64,000 nt of DNA from Candidatus Obscuribacteraceae bacterium (lineage in GTDB: Bacteria; Cyanobacteriota; Vampirovibrionia; Obscuribacterales; Obscuribacteraceae), in contig JBGAHS010000007.1 of NCBI GenBank assembly GCA_044226015.1, forward strand, positions 1 through 64,000. Reading direction: 5' to 3'. Both the position numbers and the translations under genes were made by a program. This document shows, in pieces, positions 49,482-59,293 of the stretch. Numbering within the stretch: the first letter of the stretch is position 1; every line of letters begins with the position of its first letter. The notes below the pieces were generated by a model. The model was not told the DNA's origin. It did not search any database and saw nothing but the letters and a program-made list of their open reading frames with translations.

Positions 49482-50933
49482 CTAATATCCGCCCATCATC
49501 AAACCATAAAGTCCGCCGTACATAGCGCCGCGCATTGCACCTTTGCTCATTCCACCAGGCATACTTCTGTTAGACATAGCACCCATCGCTGCACCAGCCA
49601 GGCTGGAGGTCACTGCACGTTTTAGACGCGTAGAGCCTGGTGCTGTTCCCAAAAACATCGGAACTCCTCCGTTCAGCCCAGGATAGCCCGTTCCTCCAAA
49701 GGAAAATCCCCTTGGTAATCCGTATCCAGATGACACAGATCCAATCATCACACTTCCGGCGTTACGGCGCAAGTAGTCCTCCACTGCCCCAATGTCTGAT
49801 GCGCTGGCCGTCTTGCTAGAGCCATCTGCAGGTAATCCTACAAATGGTGTGACATCGTTACTGCCACCACCGGCGCCGCCAGCTCCAGGAGCTGATGCTG
49901 TTTGTTTCTCGTCCATTTGAGATTGCAGGTCGCTCATCGATTTGACGTAGAGGTCGTTTTTGGGGTCAAGGCTTGCTGCTGCTCTGAGGTGTTTAATAGC
50001 TTCAGCTTCTTTGCCTTTTCCTCTAAATGCCTGTCCCAGAGCGAATTGTGTATTTGCATCATAAGGGTTCTTCTTGGACAGGTACGACAGCTTTTCTATA
50101 GCGTCGTCAAAATTTCCTTTTTTATACGCAGCAGCTGCTTCTGCTGCTATTGTTCTGTCTGCCGCAGTAATAGGCGCTCCGGCTGGCGGAGCTGATGGGG
50201 GCATCGAGCTGGCACTTGAATCGTGTGCCGCGGGCGCCTTAGCTGTTTGTTGTGACTTCAATTTAGATTGAACCGCCGAAAGCGCATCGCGAAGCTCTAA
50301 ATCGCTTGGGTCGCCTTTCAGAGCAGCCGAGTAATAGCGCTGCGCTGCATTCAGATCGCCCTTGCTTTCTGCTATGGCACCCAAATTGTAGTTTGCATCA
50401 ACGTTGCGAAAATCGATTGCTAGAACTTTCAAAAAGGCTTTTTCGGCGTCGGCTGTTTTGCCTGCGGAATAATCTGACATCGCCTGTCTGAGAATTCCCT
50501 TGATTCTATCCTCATTGCCAGCCGGCAGTGGAGCATCAATATCTCGGCTGACCGCCCTGCTTGCAACATCTGCGCTGTCAGGAGCCTGTTTCGGTTCTGG
50601 TGCGAATTCTGAGCGGTCTAAGGTCGGTGCTTCAGGTGGGAAGTATTTTGATGCGGTTTTGCCGCTCATAACTCCATCAATCTCCGCAACTCTCTGTGCA
50701 GTACTTGTGTTTTTTCCAGCCACTTTGCCAAAGAGCTGCTTTTCGACTTTTTGTAGCCGTTTGTCAATGGATGAACCAGTATCGGCTTTTCCGAAAAGGG
50801 TTTCTTCGTACTCAGTGAGTTTCTGATAGACGCTGGTTCCGCTTTGAGCGAATGCCGGTGTCAGCAAAGAGGAAAGCGCTATCGTGATGGCCAGGCAGGC
50901 GCTCAATCTAGAATCTTTTTTGTACGTGGCCAT
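49482..50933 (-). CDS. Secreted TPR-repeat protein
   Basis: Signal peptide ending AFA, TPR motifs (DANYNLGAI, NTQFALGQAF). Confidence 0.85.
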   Translation of the reverse strand: MATYKKDSRLSACLAITIALSSLLTPAFAQSGTSVYQKLTEYEETLFGKADTGSSIDKRLQKVEKQLFGKVAGKNTSTAQRVAEIDGVMSGKTASKYFPPEAPTLDRSEFAPEPKQAPDSADVASRAVSRDIDAPLPAGNEDRIKGILRQAMSDYSAGKTADAEKAFLKVLAIDFRNVDANYNLGAIAESKGDLNAAQRYYSAALKGDPSDLELRDALSAVQSKLKSQQTAKAPAAHDSSASSMPPSAPPAGAPITAADRTIAAEAAAAYKKGNFDDAIEKLSYLSKKNPYDANTQFALGQAFRGKGKEAEAIKHLRAAASLDPKNDLYVKSMSDLQSQMDEKQTASAPGAGGAGGGSNDVTPFVGLPADGSSKTASASDIGAVEDYLRRNAGSVMIGSVSSGYGLPRGFSFGGTGYPGLNGGVPMFLGTAPGSTRLKRAVTSSLAGAAMGAMSNRSMPGGMSKGAMRGAMYGGLYGLMMGGY

Positions 50934-51291
50934 GCTGCTGACTCCATGTTCGCGGAAACTGCGGGAACTGTGCCGGGACTCAACTCTCAACTCTTTTGAT
51001 CGACGATTGACGGTCGACACTGTTCCTCGATATCGCAGAGCTGAGTGTAATTAATATATGCCCGGAAAGGTCCTCTAAAATGTATTCTAATTCCACTTGA
51101 TAAAATCGCGAAATCTTTGAAGCAACCGTTTCCTAACACTTAACGAAACAGCCTTGAGGCTAAGAATTTGTCCCCGAATGTCGCCATTTTTCGACTTTAT
51201 AATCAAAAATCAGGCAGCTGGCTGTGGGACTATTGACGGACCTCTATGCGAAGACGGCAAGTGGATCCATAAAAATTTTCAGAACGTAGCA

Positions 51292-51498
51292 TTTTCGAAT
51301 TGACCACATCCGGCTCCGTACACAAGTGACTGAAACCTGTCGGCGTGATTTAGTCCGGCATGCGTGCAGGGGTCTGGTGCATCAGTTGGCGAGACCGGGC
51401 AGACCAAGTCTGGCATGCCTGGATGGATCCGGCGTACCAGTCCAAGAGTTCGTTAAATCTTTCAGGCGTGAGCAAGTCCGGATAGCTCGATTCGGAAA
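51292..51498 (+). ncRNA. Candidate 6S RNA (~205-nt rod with central bubble)
   Basis: Nested pairings TTTTCGAATTGA/TCGATTCGGAAA, ATCCGG/CCGGAT, GCTC/GAGC, bubble, GACTG/CAGTC, TCCGGCATGC/GCATGCCTGGA, GGTCTG/CAGACC; G-U pairs favour the + strand. Confidence 0.55.
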
Positions 51499-51613
51499 AT
51501 CTAAAGTGAGACAGGAACACTCTTGGCTCAAATGTGGAGCGAGAGTTCTCACGCTGGCTATTAAATTGGAAATCGGCGAAGATGATTTTGTAGCCGTTTG
51601 TGGAGGGTGGTCG

Positions 51614-52090
51614 ATGTTTGGACGTGGACCTGGACGAGGAAAGGGGCGGTTTATGGGTGGTGGACCTGGAAGGCACTGGCTTGAGGATACTTCAATGCTT
51701 CTTCAGGGCATAGAGCTCAGCGATGAGCAGCTCGAGAAAATGGCGGACTTGAGGCATCGTGGTTTCTCAAAAATGGGGCATGCTCGTGTTGATATGATGG
51801 AGCTGCGTCAGCAGCTGTTGCGAGAGTTAGGAAAGGAAACGCTCGACAAATCGCAGATAAATGCTCTGAAAGCAAAAATAAAAGAGCACAAATCTCAAAT
51901 AACAGACTTGATGATTGATCAGATGACTGAATTTGCTGAGATTTTGACGCCAGAGCAGCGAAAGAAGATTCGCTTACGCAAGATAAGACATTTCATGGGT
52001 GCAGGTGAGGAACACGAGCACAGTCACTGGGCGGCTCACGAGGGTCCGCCGCCGCCTCCGCCGCAGCACGAACATCGCCCGCGATTCTAA
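51614..52090 (+). CDS. Spy/CpxP (LTXXQ) family helical protein with His-rich tail
   Basis: LSDEQ and LTPEQR motifs; ATG 51614 after GGAGG. Confidence 0.8.
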   Translation: MFGRGPGRGKGRFMGGGPGRHWLEDTSMLLQGIELSDEQLEKMADLRHRGFSKMGHARVDMMELRQQLLRELGKETLDKSQINALKAKIKEHKSQITDLMIDQMTEFAEILTPEQRKKIRLRKIRHFMGAGEEHEHSHWAAHEGPPPPPPQHEHRPRF

Positions 52091-52094
52091 AAGA

Positions 52095-52126
52095 CAAAGA
52101 AGGGATGGCGAGCCATCCCTTCTTTG
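52095..52126. terminator. Terminator hairpin
   Basis: CAAAGAAGGGATGGC/GCCATCCCTTCTTTG. Confidence 0.8.
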
Positions 52127-52151
52127 CTGTGGTTGGGTTGTGCAGGTAAAA

Positions 52152-52361
52152 CTACCACTTGCTGAGTGCGTATGGAGCTTCTTCGTCAATTAGCTCTCCG
52201 AATACGTCGTTCAAGCAAGAAAAATCTTTGTTGGGCTCTGTTTGGGACTGACTGCTTACATCACTACCCTGTGGACGTTTAACAACTGGCATCGGGGGTG
52301 GTGGCGCTACGTTCTCCTTTGAACTCTGCGCAAAAGAAAATCTCTGAAGTAAGCTGAACAT
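52152..52361 (-). CDS. Small hypothetical protein
   Basis: ATG after GAGGA (MFSLLQRF...), converges on the terminator. Confidence 0.5.
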   Translation of the reverse strand: MFSLLQRFSFAQSSKENVAPPPPMPVVKRPQGSDVSSQSQTEPNKDFSCLNDVFGELIDEEAPYALSKW

Positions 52362-52588
52362 CGTTTGGTCCTCATTTCCTCGGTTGCTTTCGATGTGAAC
52401 AGAATAAGTTTTGATGTGGTCTGATTCGGGACGTATTTGGGTCTTTTTTGGGGCGAACAATTAAATCGAAAATGTTGAAAGTGCCCGGTGATTTCACCGA
52501 GCACTTCGCTGCACTATATATGGTGGCAATGTACATCTCTGACGCGATAACGCCCGAGCCAAGTCATTCTTAGCTCATGAGGCGCTAT

Positions 52589-53635
52589 TTAGCGTGAGCT
52601 AAGAGACTTCTGGAAAAGCCCTTTTGCGACAGTGTTTGCAATCCTTATGGCTGCATCAATGTCTGACGATTCAATACCGTAATGTGTGACAAGCCTTATG
52701 CCCACATCATCAGAAAATGCCAGTAATCCTGCGGCGCACAACTCTGCGCAAAGTTGCCTTGTTGAAACTGTCGGATTTGCAGAGCCAATGAAAACCATAT
52801 TTGTCTCGCAGTGGAGTATTTTGATGCCTTCGATTTTGCTGAGTCCGTCTGCAAGAAGTCTGGCGTTTTCATGGTCTTCTTTCAATCGGTCTACCATCGA
52901 TTTGAGCGCTACAATTCCTGCTGCTGCGACAATGCCAATTTGCCGCATTCCTCCGCCAAGCATCTTTCTGGCACGGCGTGCTTTGAGAATGAATTCTCTT
53001 GTTCCACAAACCATCGAGCCGGCTGGTGCGGCCAGTCCTTTGCTCAAGCAGAATTGAACGCTGTCTACATGTTGAGTAATCGAACTGGCAGGTACGTCGA
53101 GAGCGACTGCTGCGTTAAATAAGCGTGCGCCATCAAGATGCACGAGCATGTTGTGCTGCTCAGCTAGCTCTTTGACTTCTTGCATGTATTGAAGCGGTAA
53201 AACACGACCATACCAGGTATTTTCAATTCCTATGAGCTTTGAGTGAGCGCAATGAATATCGTCTTCATTTATCAGGTCTTCGATTTCTTGAATGTCCATG
53301 CTTCCATCATCTTTTGTTGGAACTATTCGTGAATGAATGCCACCCACTTGTGCGATGCCACCCTGCTCATGAATATGAATGTGACTTAAGCTGCCTAAAA
53401 TCGCTTCGTCGCCGCGGTTGCAGTGCGCTAGAAGAGAAACAAGGTTTCCCATTGTTCCGCTCGCCACAAAGAGAGCCGCTTCTTTCCCTGTCATATTGGC
53501 TGCTAACTCTTCCAGTCTATTTACTGTCGGGTCTTCGCCGAAAACATCATCGCCAACTTCGGCTCTCATCATCGCTTCGCGCATTTGTGGAGATGGATGG
53601 GTGACTGTGTCACTTCGCAAATCTATTTTGTTCAT
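52589..53635 (-). CDS. ltaE: Low-specificity L-threonine aldolase
   Basis: DLRSDTVT, VGDDV, SGTMGN, HLDGARLFNA, CLSKGL. Confidence 0.95.
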   Translation of the reverse strand: MNKIDLRSDTVTHPSPQMREAMMRAEVGDDVFGEDPTVNRLEELAANMTGKEAALFVASGTMGNLVSLLAHCNRGDEAILGSLSHIHIHEQGGIAQVGGIHSRIVPTKDDGSMDIQEIEDLINEDDIHCAHSKLIGIENTWYGRVLPLQYMQEVKELAEQHNMLVHLDGARLFNAAVALDVPASSITQHVDSVQFCLSKGLAAPAGSMVCGTREFILKARRARKMLGGGMRQIGIVAAAGIVALKSMVDRLKEDHENARLLADGLSKIEGIKILHCETNMVFIGSANPTVSTRQLCAELCAAGLLAFSDDVGIRLVTHYGIESSDIDAAIRIANTVAKGLFQKSLSSR

Positions 53636-53661
53636 TTCTTTGACCTTAACTCGCTTTAAAC

Positions 53662-54885
53662 CTAACTGTGAACTGCTTCCTTCTTATGTGTTTCTTGTTC
53701 GTTCAAAATTGATTTTCGTCCGGCTCTGACATAACGCTTTAGGAGTGGAGCTGGTCGGAATCTTTCGCCGTATGCATTGAATAATGTCGTCAATTCTTCC
53801 AGGCATCTATCAAGCCCAATATCTTCAGCCAGGGCAAGCGGTCCCTTTCTCATCCCAAGCCCAGCGACAAGTGCTGGGTCGAGGTCTTCAACTGCGCAAA
53901 CGTGCTCTTGCAGCGCAATGAATGCTTCGTTGATCATTGGAAGAAACAATCTTTCAGCCTGGAATTTGGCTCCGAAACTATTCGTTTTCTTCTTGATCAT
54001 TTCGACCAATTCTTCATTTACCCCTGCGCGTTTTCTTGTTTCGGCATCATACATATAGAAGCCTTTGCCCGTTTTTTGACCCAGCCAATTTTTGTGCACC
54101 ATTTCTTCAAGAATGGGGGCGGGCTTAAATCTTGAGCCGTATTCTTGGAAATTGAATTGGGCGACTGCAAGTCCGATGTCGGCTCCATTCATGTCGCGGA
54201 GTGCTAATGGACCTACAGGCATTACGTATTCAACTGCTGCTTTGTCGATTTCTTCAATACCCGCTACTGCTTCTTCAAGGCACCAGAGAGCTTCCGTCAT
54301 GTATCTGCCGAGCAATCTGTTTACAAGGAATGAAGGGCATTCATCTACGCGCACTGCCAGTTTGTCGAGAGACTGTCCGAATTGAATCGCTCGATTTACA
54401 GTGACATCTGAAGTTTCTAAACCTGGAATTACTTCCACCAGCTTCATGATATTTGCCGGGTTGAAAAAATGAAGCCCCACCACTCTGTCTCTGTGTTCAA
54501 TTGCTGAGGCAATTTCTGAGATGGATAGGCTTGAGGTATTGCTGGCAAGTATTGTGTCTTTGCGGCAATGAAGTTCGAGGTTTTTGAATACGTCTATCTT
54601 TACTTCAATCTTTTCCAGAACTGCTTCGACTACCAAATCAACATTTGAAAGAGCCGAAAACTCCGTTGCCGTTGTAATGAGTTTTCTTCGCTGGTCTGCT
54701 TCGGTCATCGGTAAGCCCTTCTTGACAAGCGATTGCAATATCTTGTCAATTCGCGAAAGCCCGTTTGTGAGCGCCTTCTCATCAATATCTTTCAAAATAA
54801 CGCAGTAACCGTAGTTGGCAAGTGCCACCGCGATTGATGCTCCCATTGTGCCGGCACCGATGACCGCAACTCTGGAAATGTCCAT
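53662..54885 (-). CDS. 3-hydroxyacyl-CoA dehydrogenase with duplicated C-terminal domain
   Basis: GAGTMG, VEAVLE, SNTSSL, GLHFFNP, GQKTGKGFY. Confidence 0.92.
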   Translation of the reverse strand: MDISRVAVIGAGTMGASIAVALANYGYCVILKDIDEKALTNGLSRIDKILQSLVKKGLPMTEADQRRKLITTATEFSALSNVDLVVEAVLEKIEVKIDVFKNLELHCRKDTILASNTSSLSISEIASAIEHRDRVVGLHFFNPANIMKLVEVIPGLETSDVTVNRAIQFGQSLDKLAVRVDECPSFLVNRLLGRYMTEALWCLEEAVAGIEEIDKAAVEYVMPVGPLALRDMNGADIGLAVAQFNFQEYGSRFKPAPILEEMVHKNWLGQKTGKGFYMYDAETRKRAGVNEELVEMIKKKTNSFGAKFQAERLFLPMINEAFIALQEHVCAVEDLDPALVAGLGMRKGPLALAEDIGLDRCLEELTTLFNAYGERFRPAPLLKRYVRAGRKSILNEQETHKKEAVHS

Positions 54886-55194
54886 CCTACAACTCCTTCG
54901 GGCTTTTATATCCGTCTCTTTACAATTCAATTGTTACTTTACATTTGTAATTTAATTGCTCTTAGAAACCAGTGTGCTGGATCTCGTCAGAACAAAAGTC
55001 ACTAACATACGATAGCCTTGAATACCCATGAATAGGGGTTTTACGCCGAATAGATTTAATCACTTGATAACTATGTTTTTTTGAAAAAGGGGATAGCTTT
55101 TTTGTAGTGATTCGTTACAATGTAAATGTTGAATATTTGATTAATCGGTTTGGTTGTTTTGGCTAATTAGCTTGCTGATGCAGGGAGGCGGGCT

Positions 55195-55572
55195 ATGTTC
55201 GTTTACTTATTGATCGCGTCTGAATTGGCGATTTTATACACCGTGTTCTGGTACCTCTACTTAAGAGAACCAAGACAAAGTCACAAAATCGCAGGAAATA
55301 CTTGGGGAGCCTATAACGGAGCCCAAAGCACCACCAATGGTGGCGACGCTATGTTCGGTTACGAGATGAGTGCTGCACCATGCTATATGGAACGCGGCCA
55401 ACAAATGCAAGCTAGCGGTGTGAAGCCATTCATGCTGCCAGTGCAAGACGAAATGGTTCTTGACTTGAAGACGAACCACTATGTTCCAGTGAATCGCCCA
55501 CACAGAACCGTGCTAGGCGCACTGATACATCAACTCGACTCTTGTCTTAGCGAGATGAATGTAAGACCTTAG
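55195..55572 (+). CDS. Small membrane-anchored hypothetical protein
   Basis: RBS GGAGG, N-terminal TM segment. Confidence 0.65.
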   Translation: MFVYLLIASELAILYTVFWYLYLREPRQSHKIAGNTWGAYNGAQSTTNGGDAMFGYEMSAAPCYMERGQQMQASGVKPFMLPVQDEMVLDLKTNHYVPVNRPHRTVLGALIHQLDSCLSEMNVRP

Positions 55573-55734
55573 TTTTTCTTCTCATTGCTCCATGACTCGA
55601 TGACTCCAAATACGGTGGCCCGCAGCCTCCGTATTTTTTTTTGAGCTGCTCGCGAATTTCTGCTGAGCGGTAGCTGCTCGCGAATTTCTGCGAACTGATT
55701 CCAGGTCATTTGAACTGCAAGCACCTTCTCCGCT

Positions 55735-56301
55735 TTAGTGCCCGCCTGCCTGCATATTCTTCATCATCGCACTCATGTCGGTTGTCTTGTAACCCGCTGG
55801 AAGCTGGAACAATGCCGAGTTTACCGGACCACCTTTGTAACTAATCAATTTCGAAACAGGCTTGCCATTGCTTATAACCAGCACCGAGCATCCGGTGTCA
55901 GTACCCGTCCAGACTTCAGTAGTTATGCCGTTATTGACGCCTCGTTTTCCAGTGCACGGATGCCCATCGATCACTTTGTTTCCAATCGATTGCCATTTGG
56001 CTGTGGTGTCGTCTTCTGGACGCCCGCTGAAAGGCATTTTCATGATCGTTTTGTTTTGATCATCGATTGAGTACATAACTTTGTTTTGGAAATCTAGAAT
56101 GCTGGCTCTCTTCACACCCGCAACTGTAGTTTCCGAGCGCATGTGTCCTTTTCCATCGTTGTATGTGTGTGAACTTGTATTAGTTCCGACATTGTCCACA
56201 GTTGCTTCGTAAGGCTTGTCCGGATAGGAAGGCGCTGCCATGACTGGAGCCGCGACAAAACAAAGCGCTGTAAAGGAAAGAACAAAATTCTTGCTTCTCA
56301 T
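55735..56301 (-). CDS. Secreted DUF4412-like protein
   Basis: Signal peptide, IGNKVIDGHPC, LFQLPAGYK. Confidence 0.75.
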   Translation of the reverse strand: MRSKNFVLSFTALCFVAAPVMAAPSYPDKPYEATVDNVGTNTSSHTYNDGKGHMRSETTVAGVKRASILDFQNKVMYSIDDQNKTIMKMPFSGRPEDDTTAKWQSIGNKVIDGHPCTGKRGVNNGITTEVWTGTDTGCSVLVISNGKPVSKLISYKGGPVNSALFQLPAGYKTTDMSAMMKNMQAGGH

Positions 56302-56359
56302 TTTTTTCTCCGATTTTTCTTTTGCGATTTTTTAGTTGTTCTGTTTTCGTAGATTTATC

Positions 56360-57040
56360 TCATTTTTCTGCAGGTTCAGGAGCTGGCTCTGTTTTTGCTG
56401 CTGAGTTTTCTTCGACGGATTTGCAGGTGTCGACTACAATTTCAACTCGTCTGTTTTTTGCACGACCCTCTGGAAAGTCGCTGCCATCTGGGTTTTGATT
56501 TCTAGCTACGGGATGTTTTTCGCCTAAGCCTTCACATGTTATTGCCGCTTGGGTGCAAATATGATTTTCAAGCAGCCAGTTTTTCACTTGCTCTGCACGG
56601 CGTTCGGACAACTTCTGGTTGTAGTCATCGCTACCTTTCGAATCTGTATGTCCTTCTACTTTAATCGGATGGACTCCAAGCTTCATAATCATTGGTTTCA
56701 GCACGCTTAGCGTTTCGAGCGCATATTTGTTAAGCGTGGATTTATCAAAATCAAAAAGCGTGTCTGCGCCAACGGTAAATCGCTGCGAGCAGTCCTCTTT
56801 CTTTGTGGAGATGGCTTTGATGCCTCTTGGAACTTGTATTTCACCGGCTTTCTGGATTTCGCCGGGTTTCTGAATCTCGCCTGGAGTTTGCCACTTATTG
56901 TGAAGGTACTTCTTGTCTATGTTTTCCCAGTTCTTGTTTATTCTGTCCACATCATTGCCTTGTGCAAACGCACCCTGGCAGTGGCTCGCGAGCAATAAGA
57001 GCAGTGCAAGGTTTAATCCTTGCTTCAAGCGACATTGCAT
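56360..57040 (-). CDS. OmpA-family peptidoglycan-binding protein
   Basis: LFDFDKS, EGHTD, NQKLSERRA, NRRVEI. Confidence 0.92.
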   Translation of the reverse strand: MQCRLKQGLNLALLLLLASHCQGAFAQGNDVDRINKNWENIDKKYLHNKWQTPGEIQKPGEIQKAGEIQVPRGIKAISTKKEDCSQRFTVGADTLFDFDKSTLNKYALETLSVLKPMIMKLGVHPIKVEGHTDSKGSDDYNQKLSERRAEQVKNWLLENHICTQAAITCEGLGEKHPVARNQNPDGSDFPEGRAKNRRVEIVVDTCKSVEENSAAKTEPAPEPAEK

Positions 57041-57184
57041 TTAACGTTCCCCCAAGCAAATCAGAATTAGTCTGAATGTACCCCGCTATGACATAGACTA
57101 GCCGCTGCAAAAAAATTAGGGTTGCAATGAAGGACAATGGATTAAATTGACGATATCCTTTTTTGAGGACGAAGGGCAAACGGT

Positions 57185-58174
57185 TTGAATTCAGAAAGAA
57201 AGATTCTCGTTTCCATTAAGGGTGTGAAAAAACACTTTCCCATCCGAAAGGGACTTTTCAACAAGCAAGTGGGTGCTGTTCGCGCGCTCGATGGCGTCGA
57301 TTTGACCGTTTATGCTGGTGAAACCATCGGCTTGGTCGGCGAGTCAGGCTGCGGCAAGAGCACACTGGGTCGTGTGATTTTGCGCTTGCAGGAAGCGACG
57401 GAAGGCACCGTGAATGTTGATGGTGTCGATGTTCACACAGCAAGTTCGAAAGCGCTAAAAGAACTGCGACGACACATGCAAATCGTCTTTCAAAATCCTT
57501 ACGCTAGCCTCGACCCGCGTATGACCATTGCCGAGAGCATCGCAGAGCCCCTTGAAGTTCACGGTGTTGCAAAAGGCCCTGAATTGCAAAAGCAAATCAA
57601 AGAGCTGATGAACCTGGTCGGCTTGTCTGAGGCGATGTACGATCGCTATCCGCACGAATTTTCGGGAGGACAGCGTCAGCGTGTTGGCATCGCGCGAGCG
57701 CTAGCCTTAAAACCACGTCTAGTCATTCTTGATGAACCTGTTTCTGCTCTCGATGTTAGCGTGCAGGCTCAGATATTGAATCTTTTGATTGATTTGCGTA
57801 AAGAGTTCAATCTCACCTACATTTTCATTGCGCATAATCTCGATGTAGTGCGATACATAAGTGACAGAATCGCAGTTATGTATCTTGGCAAAATTGTTGA
57901 ACTAGGAGCGTGCGATGAGGTTTATCGTAAGCCTCTTCATCCGTATAGCAAGGCATTGATAAGCGCGGCGCCGATTCCCGACCCTGATGCCGACTTGAGT
58001 TCGCGAATAATATTGCAAGGCGATCTGCCGAGCCCGGCGTCTCCACCGGCAGGGTGCAGATTCAATACTCGTTGTCCTCTGGCAGAAGAGAAGTGTCGCC
58101 AGGACGAACCAGCTTTTAGAGAAATTGAGCCAGGTCACTTTTCTGCCTGCCATTTCGCTGAAAAATTGCTCTAG
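57185..58174 (+). CDS. Oligo/dipeptide ABC transporter ATP-binding subunit (OppF/AppF-like)
   Basis: [36 protein letters not shown]. Confidence 0.93.
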   Translation: MNSERKILVSIKGVKKHFPIRKGLFNKQVGAVRALDGVDLTVYAGETIGLVGESGCGKSTLGRVILRLQEATEGTVNVDGVDVHTASSKALKELRRHMQIVFQNPYASLDPRMTIAESIAEPLEVHGVAKGPELQKQIKELMNLVGLSEAMYDRYPHEFSGGQRQRVGIARALALKPRLVILDEPVSALDVSVQAQILNLLIDLRKEFNLTYIFIAHNLDVVRYISDRIAVMYLGKIVELGACDEVYRKPLHPYSKALISAAPIPDPDADLSSRIILQGDLPSPASPPAGCRFNTRCPLAEEKCRQDEPAFREIEPGHFSACHFAEKLL

Positions 58175-58269
58175 CATGAAATTGCTAAAGGCAGACTTGC
58201 AAATTAATATTCCGATGATCTTCAATAGGGAATAACTTCGATAGCTCGTTTTGTATCCGGGTGCGGTAG

Positions 58270-59271
58270 ATGTCCTCTTTTTCACGTCAACTTGCTCTAT
58301 TGTCTTTAACCGCAGGTTTCTTCTTCTCTTCTGCGTCAACGTATGCCGCAGATGTGCGCGGCTGGGTCTTGCTACAAGAACAACCACATACTGGACTTTG
58401 GAATATTTATCTATCTGCGGCAGGAATGGCTGCAGTCAATAAGAAGATGGGCTGCACTCTTGTAACCAAAGCGCCCCAATGGAACGTCGTTATGTACAAC
58501 GACAAGACGAAAGTCTACTTTCTTTCACCCTTGTCAGAATGGAAAGGTGCTTCGTTGAAGGCCGCTTCGTCTGGTAAATCGGCGGCTAAGCAGTCTGCCT
58601 ACAAGCAGATGCTAGTGGAAAAGAAACCAAAGAAATTGCAGGATGGCAAAATTCTCGGACACAAGGCTTCTCAATATTTGACCGACAACCTCGCTTCAAC
58701 TGGATTGAAAAAGGTTGAGTTTTGGGTCACACCAGATGTGCAAGCGCCGCCTGAATTGAAGACAGTCTTTTCGAAAATATATGGTGTAGGACTTTCAAGC
58801 ATGGCTGGACTGCCGCTAAAGGTTTCCTATATCGATGAAAACGGCAAGCGAACTCCTGTATTTAATACACTTGAAATAGCGGACAAACAAATTCCGCTTT
58901 CAAACTTTACCTATCCATCAAGCTACAAACGAGTTGATAGCGAAATCGCTGTTCTCATGGACGAGAAGGGGCGTGAAGCTATGTCTAGCATCATGGACGA
59001 TATTGGCGAAGGGCAAGAAGGCGAAGATGTTAATGACCTCCTTGATGCGCCAAAAAAGAAGAAATACAAGAGTCCTTACCCAAATTCTGGTTCTGCTGAT
59101 GCCACTCCAGATGGTGGCGAAGACAAAGAGCCAAAGGAAAAAGAAGCTTCGGCTAATAATGGCGATTGGTTTAAGCAGATATTGGATGGTATTTGCTCAT
59201 TTCTGCGATCACTCGGTCTGCCTGTGGGCAAGGATGAAAACGCAGAGACTGAGTCTGGCGACGTGCCGTAA
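58270..59271 (+). CDS. Secreted hypothetical protein (DUF4412-like fold possible)
   Basis: Signal peptide, KILGHKA, GLPLKV, FTYPSSYK. Confidence 0.7.
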   Translation: MSSFSRQLALLSLTAGFFFSSASTYAADVRGWVLLQEQPHTGLWNIYLSAAGMAAVNKKMGCTLVTKAPQWNVVMYNDKTKVYFLSPLSEWKGASLKAASSGKSAAKQSAYKQMLVEKKPKKLQDGKILGHKASQYLTDNLASTGLKKVEFWVTPDVQAPPELKTVFSKIYGVGLSSMAGLPLKVSYIDENGKRTPVFNTLEIADKQIPLSNFTYPSSYKRVDSEIAVLMDEKGREAMSSIMDDIGEGQEGEDVNDLLDAPKKKKYKSPYPNSGSADATPDGGEDKEPKEKEASANNGDWFKQILDGICSFLRSLGLPVGKDENAETESGDVP

Positions 59272-59293
59272 CCCTGATTTCGCCCAAGCGTCT

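Noticed and set aside
51326..51613. N-terminal 96 aa of ORF 51326-52090
   Set aside because: It overlaps the structured RNA candidate, and a clear GGAGG RBS precedes ATG 51614.
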